Positions 26,911 through 34,624 of a stretch of 64,000 bases of DNA are shown here, piece after piece. The translations under genes were made by a program, and so were the position numbers. Source of the stretch: Tepidisphaeraceae bacterium (GTDB lineage Bacteria > Planctomycetota > Phycisphaerae > Tepidisphaerales > Tepidisphaeraceae); NCBI GenBank assembly GCA_035634055.1, contig DASQDR010000048.1, positions 35,492 through 99,491 of the forward strand. The letters are read 5' to 3'. How positions within the stretch are numbered: position 1 is the stretch's first letter; each line of letters begins with the position of its first letter. The notes below the pieces were generated by a model. It did not search any database. It had not been told where the DNA came from and saw only the letters and a program-made list of their open reading frames with translations.

Positions 26911-27639
26911 ATGAACGTGTCCACGCACAAGAGCGATGGCGGGCCACGTCCCGACGGGGGCAAGAGCCTGAACCCCGACGACGAGGGCGGCGGCGCCATT
27001 GCCCGCGCCGGCAAGGTTGTCGGCCCCGCACGCCCTGTCATGCGCGAGGAGCCGACCGACGAGCAGTTGCTGGCCGAGTACCGCGCCGGCGACAAGACCA
27101 AGTTTGCCGTGCTGGTCCTGCGCTACCAGCGGGAGCTCTACCACTTCCTCGTCCGCTTCCTGGGTGACCGTGCGGCGGCGGAGGACGTGTTCCAGGAGAC
27201 TTTCCTCCAAGTCCACCAGTCCGCCGACCAGTTCGACCCCACCCGCCGCTTCCGCCCGTGGCTCTTCACCATCGCCGCCAACAAGGCGCGCGACCTGATC
27301 CGCAGCCAGGCGCGCCGCCCGACCAACCCGCTCCAAGCGTCCATCAGCGGCGGGGACGACGACAGCGGCGAGTTCATCGACCTGATGCAGGCGGCGGAAT
27401 CAATGCCGGGCGAGCCGATGGAGCGTGAGGAGCTCCAGCAGCAGGTGCAGAAGACGGTCATGTCGATGCCGGAGCACCTCAGGGAGATTCTTCTGCTCTC
27501 GTATTTCCACCAGTTTCCCTACAAGCAGATCGGCGACATCCTCGATATTCCGCTGGGAACCGTGAAATCGCGGCTTCATGCGGCGGTCGCGCACTTCGCT
27601 GATCGGTGGCGCGCGAACCACGGGAGAATGGCTTCGTAG
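26911..27639 (+). CDS. ECF-type RNA polymerase sigma-70 factor with N-terminal extension
   Basis: Region 2 (DVFQETFLQVHQSADQFDPTRRFRPWLFTIAANKARDLIR) and region 4 (LREILLLSYFHQFPYKQIGDILDIPLGTVKSRLH). Confidence 0.9.
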   Translation: MNVSTHKSDGGPRPDGGKSLNPDDEGGGAIARAGKVVGPARPVMREEPTDEQLLAEYRAGDKTKFAVLVLRYQRELYHFLVRFLGDRAAAEDVFQETFLQVHQSADQFDPTRRFRPWLFTIAANKARDLIRSQARRPTNPLQASISGGDDDSGEFIDLMQAAESMPGEPMEREELQQQVQKTVMSMPEHLREILLLSYFHQFPYKQIGDILDIPLGTVKSRLHAAVAHFADRWRANHGRMAS

Positions 27640-27809
27640 GACTGGCGTGTACTGATGTAGGTGCACCTCGCAGAGTAACGTAAATCACGTCGGCGCTTGC
27701 AGATAAGCCGGGGCCGCCCGCCACCTTCACGGCGCGGGCAACGCCTCGGCTGCAACAGGGTAGTGAGGCTGGGCAAGCGAACCGACAAGTCTTCTGTCAC
27801 GGGGAAACC

Positions 27810-28127
27810 ATGACACGGAAGTTGAACAGTGCTGACCGGGCTGCCGTCGACATGATCTTCGACCGGCTGAATACCACCCACGCCAACGGCGGCGACGGGT
27901 TCGTCGCCATGACCGCGGCCGTCGAGGACCGCCGGCTGGGAGCGGTTGAGACGGTCCTGAACGTCCTCGCGCAAATGCCGGCCCCCGAGCCGAGCAGCGA
28001 CCTGGCCGTCCGGACGCTCCAGCGCATCGCCACCGCCATCCCGACCATGACCGCCCCGGCGATGACCGCGCCCGCGGAAATGCCGGCGATGCCCGCCTTC
28101 ATCGATCCGAACCAGCCGCTGGCCTAA
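27810..28127 (+). CDS. Hypothetical protein downstream of ECF sigma (possible anti-sigma-like partner, no TM seen)
   Basis: 105-aa ORF with good GC3, positioned 170 nt after the sigma gene. No recognisable motif. Confidence 0.5.
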   Translation: MTRKLNSADRAAVDMIFDRLNTTHANGGDGFVAMTAAVEDRRLGAVETVLNVLAQMPAPEPSSDLAVRTLQRIATAIPTMTAPAMTAPAEMPAMPAFIDPNQPLA

Positions 28128-28208
28128 AGCCTCGGAGCCTGGTTGCTCGGCCGGCGCCGTTCAGACGACGTGTGGCCGCCGGATGGCAATGTGATCTTCA
28201 AAACACCG

Positions 28209-28250
28209 CGAGGAGCGGACGCGTCTGCGTTCGCTCCTCGTTGCGTTTCT
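28209..28250 (+). terminator. Candidate intrinsic terminator
   Basis: Stem CGAGGAGCG (28209-28217) pairs with CGCTCCTCG (28232-28240), followed by TTGCGTTTCT. Confidence 0.5.
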
Positions 28251-28271
28251 CCCTGAAGCGCCGCAGGTCGG

Positions 28272-28472
28272 TTACCCTGCACGCTCGGCCCGATCGGGTG
28301 CCGGCGGCGGCTGGCGGACGTCCCGCGTCCCGGGGTGCTCCTGTGCTTGCAGGTGCCGACCGAGGCGGGTCACGTCGTTGCCGAAGCGATCCGATCGCTC
28401 CCGCCGTAGCGAGCGCACCTCGTCCACCAACGGGTCCGCCGGCACGCTGGCGGGTTGCGTTTCGTCACTCAT
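28272..28472 (-). CDS. Small partner protein of the PIN-like toxin module (66 aa)
   Basis: MSDETQPASVPADPLVDEVRSLRRERSDRFGNDVTRLGRHLQAQE resembles small proteins I recall encoded next to this PIN subfamily. Its ATG overlaps the upstream stop (ATGAGTGA). Confidence 0.6.
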   Translation of the reverse strand: MSDETQPASVPADPLVDEVRSLRRERSDRFGNDVTRLGRHLQAQEHPGTRDVRQPPPAPDRAERAG

Positions 28473-28943
28473 CGTCCGTCTCCCAAAGCAGGTCCGGCGT
28501 CACGATCTGAGGCGCGACCAGGCCCGCCCGGCCGCACACCGTTCGAAGGTGTGCGAGCTTGTTGGGGTTCGCCAGGTGCCGGACGTTCCACGATAGCACG
28601 AGTTCGACCGCGTGCACCGTCGCCACGGTGATGTGCAGCGCGTCGCCGGCCACCGGAGATGGCATCACCCGCTCCCGAACCAGCACGCCGGCCAGCGCGA
28701 TGACCGCTTCGGTGACGGCCAGCAGCGCGGGACCGATCGAATCCCTCGCAGTGCTTCGTCGCGCCGCGGGTAGCGCGGATTCGACAGCTCGGCGATGACC
28801 TCCTGCGACACGAACAACTGGTGCGGCGGCGCCTGCGACTGCCAACACCCGAAGCTCGCCTGGCGGCGGTACGCGCTGGCGACGTCGGACCGGGTCGTGA
28901 CGCACGCGCTGACGAAGCTGGTCGCCAGCTAACCGCGCGGCAC
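28465..28943 (-). pseudogene. PIN-domain (VapC-like) toxin, disrupted by an in-frame TAG and a 1-nt frameshift
   Basis: Frame a reads GTG(28943) PRG-TAG(28931..28929)-LATSFVSACVTTRSDVASAYRRQ...LFVSQEVIAELSNPRYPRRDEALRGIRSVP. The sequence continues in another frame as LLAVTEAVIALAGVLVRERVMPSPVAGDALHITVATVHAVELVLSWNVRHLANPNKL...TPDLLWE. Confidence 0.65.
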
Positions 28944-28978
28944 GCATCAGAGCCCACCACGCGTGCGCCCCTCGCGCG

Positions 28979-30232
28979 TCACAAGCGGCCGAGCGCCGCA
29001 ACCAGCCGCTCCACCTCGTCATCCCGGTGTTCGCTCGATAGCGTGACGCGCAGGCGGCTCGAGCCCTTCGGGACGGTGGGCGGGCGGACGGGGAGGACGA
29101 GCAGGCCGGCGTCGCGGAGGCGGTTGGCGGCGGCGGTGGCGGCGCGCTCGTCGCCGAGAATCAGCGGGAGGATCGGCGAGTCGGCCGGTCCGGGCGGGAA
29201 GCGGAAGCCGGCGCGGGCGAGCTCGGCGCGCGCGTGCTGCGCGAGGGTGCGCACACGGCGCTGTCGCTGCGGCTCGTCGCGCAGGACGCCGACCGCGGCT
29301 TCCGCGGCGGCGGCGAGCGCGGGGGGTGTCGCCGTCGAGTAGACGTACGCTCGGCCGAAGTTGGCGACCGCATCGCAGAACGCGCCGCTCGCGCAGATCG
29401 CCCCGCCGGCGGCGCCAAGCGCCTTGCTGAGCGTGACGATGAAGACGTCCACCGCCGACGCCAGCCCGTGCTCGGCGGCGTATCCCGCGCCGGCGTGGCC
29501 GTAGACGCCGCTGCCGTGCGCCTCGTCCAGCACGAGCGTGAACGGGTGCTCGCGCTTCAAGGCTGCAAGGCCCGCCAAGTCGGCCGCGTCGCCGTCCATG
29601 CTGAAGATCGACTCGGTCACCACCACCTGAATTTCGTCAGGGGCCGCGTCCCGCAGCAGGCGACTGAGCTTCGCCAGGTCGTTGTGCGCAAAGACCCGGA
29701 AGCCGCGTCCGGCCGACCCTTCTCCGCGATCGCCGACGCTTCCGCCGGTCACCGCGCGGATGGCGTCAACCAGCGACGCGTGGGCGAGCTTATCGAGCAG
29801 GAACCGTACCCGCCCCCCCGCCGCCGCCGCGGTGCCGGCGATGGCCTGGATCGCGGCGTGGTTTGCCTGGTAGCCGCTGGGCAGAAGTAGCGCCGCCTCC
29901 GTTTGCTTCCACCGCGCCAGCGCGGCTTCCGCCGACGCGTGGGCGGGGGTGTGGCCGGTGATGAGCGGCGACGCGGCCGAGCCGGCGCCGTGTTCTCGAA
30001 CGGCCCGCGCCATCGCTTCAATGACCCGCGGGTGATGGCTGAGCCCGAGGTAGTTGTTCGAGCAGAAGCTCGTCAGCCGCCGGCCGTCGATGTCGACGTG
30101 GGTGGCGTCGATTGCCCGCACGATCTGCCGTCGGCGGAGCTGATGGTCGCGGTCGCGGGTCACCAGCGCCTGCTCGATGGCGCGGGTCAGGGAGCTGTTG
30201 TCGGTCGAGTTGTTGTCGGTCGTGCCAGGCAC
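28979..30232 (-). CDS. bioF: 8-amino-7-oxononanoate synthase
   Basis: PLP-dependent alpha-oxoamine synthase: NNYLGLSHHPRV, LVLDEAHGSG and the lysine motif TLSKALGAAGG. Confidence 0.9.
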   Translation of the reverse strand: MPGTTDNNSTDNSSLTRAIEQALVTRDRDHQLRRRQIVRAIDATHVDIDGRRLTSFCSNNYLGLSHHPRVIEAMARAVREHGAGSAASPLITGHTPAHASAEAALARWKQTEAALLLPSGYQANHAAIQAIAGTAAAAGGRVRFLLDKLAHASLVDAIRAVTGGSVGDRGEGSAGRGFRVFAHNDLAKLSRLLRDAAPDEIQVVVTESIFSMDGDAADLAGLAALKREHPFTLVLDEAHGSGVYGHAGAGYAAEHGLASAVDVFIVTLSKALGAAGGAICASGAFCDAVANFGRAYVYSTATPPALAAAAEAAVGVLRDEPQRQRRVRTLAQHARAELARAGFRFPPGPADSPILPLILGDERAATAAANRLRDAGLLVLPVRPPTVPKGSSRLRVTLSSEHRDDEVERLVAALGRL

Positions 30233-30382
30233 GTCGCGAGGGTACGGGGAGGCGCGATCAAAGTCAGGATTGGGTTTGTTTTGCTGCGCAACGGATCAGC
30301 AGAAGGAATGGGAACCCACGGGCGGTTCCAGGCGAAGCCGGAAGCGGTCCGGGAACGCGTCGCGACGCGCTGCGGCCTGAAC

Positions 30383-30775
30383 TTACGCGTGCTCGGCCGC
30401 GTCGCCATTGTTGTTGTCGTCGTCGTCATCGTGACCGGTCTCGGCCATCTCGGCGACGTCGCCGGCCTCATCGTCGATCGCCACCCCGGTCAGCGCCGCC
30501 AGCCGCTGCTTCATCAGCCGGCCGACCTTGAACTTGACCGTTCGCTTTTCCGGCACTTCGACCGGTTCGAGCGTCTTGGGGTTCTGCGCCTTGCGCGCCT
30601 TGCGGAGCTTGGTCTCGAAAACGCCGAAGTCGCGGAACTCCAAGCGGTTGCCCTTGCCGAGTTCGTTGACGACCTCGTCGAGGAACTGCTGGATGACCTT
30701 TTTGACCTGAACGCGCCGGTGGCCGGTGCCGTCGGCGATCCGGTCGATCAGTTCCTTCTTCGTGATGGTAGCCAT
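30383..30775 (-). CDS. HU/IHF-family DNA-binding protein with acidic C-terminal tail
   Basis: MATITKKELIDRIADGTG...RLEFRDFGVFETKLRKARKAQNPKTLEPVEVPEKRTVKFKVGRLM, then an acidic tail ...HDDDDDNNNGD. Confidence 0.88.
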   Translation of the reverse strand: MATITKKELIDRIADGTGHRRVQVKKVIQQFLDEVVNELGKGNRLEFRDFGVFETKLRKARKAQNPKTLEPVEVPEKRTVKFKVGRLMKQRLAALTGVAIDDEAGDVAEMAETGHDDDDDNNNGDAAEHA

Positions 30776-30933
30776 GCCGCCCTCGACGATTGGTAACGTA
30801 CGGTGGACAACAGACTTAATCACTATGACTTCGCCAACTGGCAAATTCAAGTCGATTTGCGTCCGATAACAGCGTCAGTGCGTCGCGGGACGGCCTGCCC
30901 GCACCTTTTTTGCCGTAAAGATCGTTGCCACCG

Positions 30934-31911
30934 TTAGATCTGGTAATCCAAGGCGAAGTCCTGCTGGCGCATGCTCTTGGGCCGGCGGTCGCGGTAGCGG
31001 AGCTTGGGGGGTTCTGCGCTGACCTGGTTGAGCGGCGGGACCGACGAGGTGATGAACACGTTGCCGCCAATGGTCGCCCCGCGCCCGATGACGGTATCGC
31101 CGCCGAGGATGGTCGCCCCGGCGTAAATGGTTACGTCGTCCTCGATCGTGGGGTGCCGCTTGTGACCGCGCAGCGCCTGCCCGAACGCCGGCGCCAGCGC
31201 GCCGAGGGTGACGCCCTGGTAGATCTTGACGTTGTTGCCGATCTCGGTGGTCTCGCCGATCACCACGCCGGTCCCGTGGTCGATGAAGAACCGCTGCCCG
31301 AGCTGCGCGCCCGGGTGGATGTCGATGCCGGTCAGGTTGTGCGCGTACTCGGTCATGATCCGCGGCAGCAGCGGGACCTTCATGCGGTAAAACTCGTGCG
31401 CCAGCCGCTGGACCGAGATCGCGAACAACCCCGGGTAGCAGAAGATGGTCTCGTCGGTGCTCTGGGCGGCGGGGTCGCCGTCGAACGCCGCCTGCACGTC
31501 GGTCGCCAGGACCTCGCGCACCGCCGGGATGCGCTCGAAGAAGCGGGCGACGATCTCGGCGGCCTCGTGGTCGCACGCCTCGCAACGCTCGTCGTCGCCG
31601 TTGGTTCCGGGCAGTTGCTCGCGGTAGCGCAGGCAGCAGCGGACCTGCTCGTACAGCAGGTCCGACAGCTCGATGACCAGCTCCCCCAGGCGGAACGGCA
31701 CGTTGGCGGTGGTCAGCCCCTGCTTGCCGAAGTAGCCCGGGAAGAGCAACTGCCGCAGCCGCTCGATCGCGCCGACGATCGCGTCCCGGCTGGGGAGGTA
31801 GACGCGGTTGAGGTGCTGAAGGTGCGGCTGGTCAACCACGCTCTTGACGATGGCGTTCACCACGCGCGGCAGTTGGTCGTTCAGGTCGTTGCGGTTCATT
31901 GATTTTCGCAC
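30934..31911 (-). CDS. cysE: Serine O-acetyltransferase
   Basis: SATase N-domain plus hexapeptide repeats IHPGAQLGQRFFIDHGTGVVIGETTEIGNNVKIYQGVTLG. Confidence 0.88.
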   Translation of the reverse strand: MRKSMNRNDLNDQLPRVVNAIVKSVVDQPHLQHLNRVYLPSRDAIVGAIERLRQLLFPGYFGKQGLTTANVPFRLGELVIELSDLLYEQVRCCLRYREQLPGTNGDDERCEACDHEAAEIVARFFERIPAVREVLATDVQAAFDGDPAAQSTDETIFCYPGLFAISVQRLAHEFYRMKVPLLPRIMTEYAHNLTGIDIHPGAQLGQRFFIDHGTGVVIGETTEIGNNVKIYQGVTLGALAPAFGQALRGHKRHPTIEDDVTIYAGATILGGDTVIGRGATIGGNVFITSSVPPLNQVSAEPPKLRYRDRRPKSMRQQDFALDYQI

Positions 31912-32197
31912 CCGTCGTCGACGCGGGCCAACCCGGCACGGCGACGGATCCTTCTGGTTCGGTCGAACTCTGCAAGCAGCGCGCGACGGATGGACGCACG
32001 ACGAACGGACGACGGGGCGGGAGCCGCGATTACTCGCGGCCGGTACAGCGGCACGACAGCAGGCGAGGCACGGTCATGACCCCCCGATGATACCCACGCC
32101 CACCCCACCGGGCAAAGCACGCCGGCCCCGACCCGCGCCCGTGCGCTCCCGCCGCGTCATAACCCCCCGCCCGGCCAACGGTTGACGCCAAGAACGG

Positions 32198-32328
32198 CAA
32201 ATTGGGTTCGTTTTGCACGTTTGCTTGCGCGCCTCCGTCGCGCCGTCCAATTGGGTTCGTTTTCGCGTTTCGCTGCCGCCGAGCAGGCTAAGTGACCCGC
32301 CGCAAATTGGGTTCGTTTCGACGTTTGC
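32198..32328 (+). repeat. Three direct repeats CAAATTGGGTTCGTTTTGCRCGTTTGC at 49/56-nt spacing
   Basis: Copies at 32198-32224, 32247-32273 and 32303-32328. A fourth, related copy (GATTGGGTTTGTTTTGCTGCGCA) lies at 30268-30290. Confidence 0.75.
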
Positions 32329-32449
32329 AGGTGTCGCCTCCGTCGTCGTTAAATCCCTGGTCCGTACGGCTGCAACCATAGCAAACGGAATCACGGGCGT
32401 CGGCCAAAAAGCGAGTGGGGGCGTCGGTGAAGGGGTACGCGCCCGACAA

Positions 32450-32469
32450 GGGCGAGGCAAGCCTCGCCC
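32450..32469. repeat. REP-like hairpin GGGCGAGGC-AA-GCCTCGCCC
   Basis: Perfect 9-bp stem. A related copy (GGCGAGTCAGGCCTCGCCCC) lies at 52544-52563. Confidence 0.7.
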
Positions 32470-32700
32470 CTACTTCCGATGGGCGGTGAGCATCCCGATC
32501 CGTAAGTTCCTCCCTCCACCTCTCGCTTACCCGCGGCTGCCGGAAATCCTTGGGGTGCTTCGACCGCTCCGGGCCCGCCGCTGCCGGGGTAGGTTGCTCC
32601 GTCAGGACGCGCCGCGTGGTTACCGCCCGGCGTGCCGGGGCGTTCCCGGCCCGGGTCACGTCTTTGCCGCCGATCGCGCGTCCCAGTGGGATGGTGCCTT

Positions 32701-33396
32701 ATGCCTCGACTTCGCTCCAAGCTCGCGCTCGCGGTGGCCGGCGTGCTGGCGGTTCCGCTCGTCGCTTCCGCCGAGCCGGTCACGTACACCGGTGACTTCC
32801 ACCCGTCCAACGGCTCCGGCGTCACCGGAACGACGCAGCTCACGCTCGACGGGACGACCCTGACGGTGCAGATCAACGCGACCGGCCTGGCGCCCGATCA
32901 GCCGCACCCGGCGCACGTGCACGGGTTCCCCGACGGGCGCGAATCGGTCTGCCCGCCGGAGGTGCTGACGCCGTCGATCGACCTGAACGCCAACGGGATC
33001 CTCGACGTCCCCGAAGCCGAGGCGCTGGTCGGCCCGCCGATCCTGCCGCTGACCGTGGACGATAACGATGACGCCACCACCGGCGAGGCCGAGCCGCACC
33101 CGACCGCGCCGGGCGGCGTGATCAACTACACGCGCACGTTCGAGAACGTGGACCTGGCCATGCTCGGGCAGCTCGAGCAGCGCGCCGTCGAGCTGCACGG
33201 GCTGATGCTCGGCGAAACGTACGACCCGCTCCTGCCGATCGCCTGTGCCGAGCTGGCGCTGCTGGACACCGGCGGCGGCGGCGGCGGCGGCGGCGGGACG
33301 GTCATCCCGCTCCCGGCGGGCGTCTGGTCGGGGCTGGTCCTGCTCGGCGCCCTCGCCGGCAAGGCCAAGCTCCGCCGACGCGGCGCGATCGTCTGA
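32701..33396 (+). CDS. Secreted CHRD-like domain protein with poly-Gly linker and PEP-CTERM-like anchor
   Basis: Signal peptide MPRLRSKLALAVAGVLAVPLVASA, AHVHG motif, GGGGGGGG linker, then IPLPAGVWSGLVLLGALAGKAKLRRR. Confidence 0.7.
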   Translation: MPRLRSKLALAVAGVLAVPLVASAEPVTYTGDFHPSNGSGVTGTTQLTLDGTTLTVQINATGLAPDQPHPAHVHGFPDGRESVCPPEVLTPSIDLNANGILDVPEAEALVGPPILPLTVDDNDDATTGEAEPHPTAPGGVINYTRTFENVDLAMLGQLEQRAVELHGLMLGETYDPLLPIACAELALLDTGGGGGGGGGTVIPLPAGVWSGLVLLGALAGKAKLRRRGAIV

Positions 33397-33454
33397 AACG
33401 CCTCGATGCCAAGACCGACAATGCGCCGCGCCTGGCGCGTCGCGCGGAACGCTC

Positions 33455-33486
33455 CCCCTCTCCCCGGCCCGCGCCGGGGAGAGGGG
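33455..33486. repeat. REP-like palindrome CCCCTCTCCCCGG-N6-CCGGGGAGAGGGG
   Basis: Perfect 13-bp stem between convergent genes. Same core as 21187-21212. Confidence 0.75.
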
Positions 33487-33520
33487 TCTGCCGCGCGCGG
33501 CCCCCCGCGCATGAGGCGTC

Positions 33521-34558
33521 TCAGGCCGGCGGCACCGGCCAGCCGTTGGTCCCGGCGGGCCTGTTCGACACCTCCGCGGGCGTCGCCGTGGGCGCGGCCG
33601 TGGGCGCTGGTGAGCCGTTGGTCCCGCCGTCGGTGTTGGCATTCGTCACGGGCTTCTCCGCCGGCACCACTTTGAAGACCGTCACTTCCGGCCGGCACCA
33701 GTACTGCACGCGCTGGCCGTAGCTCAGGCCGCGGTTGACATAAAGGTGCCGCCCGTCCACGCAGTAGTAGCCGTGCGTGTAGTGGCGGTAGAGCTTGGGG
33801 TAGAACCGCTGTCCGAATTTGCTCGTGGCCACCTGCCGCCCGTGCGTGTGTCCGGCCAGCATCCACTGCCAGGGGTAGGGCATCAGCTCCCTCACGTTGG
33901 CGGGGTTGTGGTTCAGGCAGATGATCGGCAGGGCGGGGTCCACGTTTTGCCAGGCGCGGTCGGGGTCGATGTGGCCGGACCACTCATCGTCCAGTCCCAC
34001 GATCGCCAGCGGCGTTCCGCCGCCCTGCGGCTTCACGTACGCCGTCTGGTTGCGCAGCACGATGAGGTGGCGGTCCTGGAGGCACTTCTGGAGGTAGTCG
34101 GCGCGGCGCTTGCCCTCGCCGGAGCCGTTCTTCCCGTAGATCGAGTAGTCGTGGTTGCCGAAGGTGCAGATCACGCCGTGGCGGGCGCGCAGGTGCGAGA
34201 GGATGGTGGCCACGCGGTGGGCGAAGCGGTACCCGCCGGTGATCAGGTCGCCGGTGATGACCACCAGGTCCGGCTCCAGCTCGTTCACCCAGCGCATGTA
34301 CTGGATCAGGTAGCGCTGCCAGACGACCGGGCTGTAGTGAAGGTCGGAGAGCTGGACGATCTTCAGCCCGGCGAGCTGCGGGTCGAGCCCGTCGATGGGC
34401 ATCTTGCGGCGGTGGATGTCCACCCAGCGGCGGTTCAGCGGCAGCGCGTGGACGCCGGTCAGGCCCATGCGCGACATCGTCATCCAGACCATCCGCCGCC
34501 ACCCGTGCTGGCGGCGCCAGTCGGGCGTCTTCAGATAATCTTTCACTCCCTCGATCAT
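33521..34558 (-). CDS. Calcineurin-like metallophosphoesterase (membrane-associated) with Pro/Thr-rich tail
   Basis: VQLSDLHYS, VVITGDLITGG, GNHDY and GHTHG motifs. Confidence 0.88.
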   Translation of the reverse strand: MIEGVKDYLKTPDWRRQHGWRRMVWMTMSRMGLTGVHALPLNRRWVDIHRRKMPIDGLDPQLAGLKIVQLSDLHYSPVVWQRYLIQYMRWVNELEPDLVVITGDLITGGYRFAHRVATILSHLRARHGVICTFGNHDYSIYGKNGSGEGKRRADYLQKCLQDRHLIVLRNQTAYVKPQGGGTPLAIVGLDDEWSGHIDPDRAWQNVDPALPIICLNHNPANVRELMPYPWQWMLAGHTHGRQVATSKFGQRFYPKLYRHYTHGYYCVDGRHLYVNRGLSYGQRVQYWCRPEVTVFKVVPAEKPVTNANTDGGTNGSPAPTAAPTATPAEVSNRPAGTNGWPVPPA

Positions 34559-34624
34559 AAGTTTGATTGTGAATTTCCCGGCGGCGATTGTGGAACGGGC
34601 GATCTCGACGGGCGCGGCCGGGCC

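Noticed and set aside
32198-32328. Possible miniature CRISPR array (three repeats of about 27 nt with spacers of about 22-29 nt)
   Set aside because: The repeats are imperfect, differing at several positions. There are only three units, no cas genes in the window, and the spacers share a CGCCTCCGTCG box. This is more consistent with iterons or dispersed repeat copies.
33270-33296. (GGC)n trinucleotide runs (also 63556-63585 and the CAG run at 18601-18617) as phase-variation switches
   Set aside because: The period of 3 keeps the frame. The runs encode poly-Gly or poly-Ala linker and signal-peptide segments, or lie in a leader. This is length polymorphism at most, not on/off switching.
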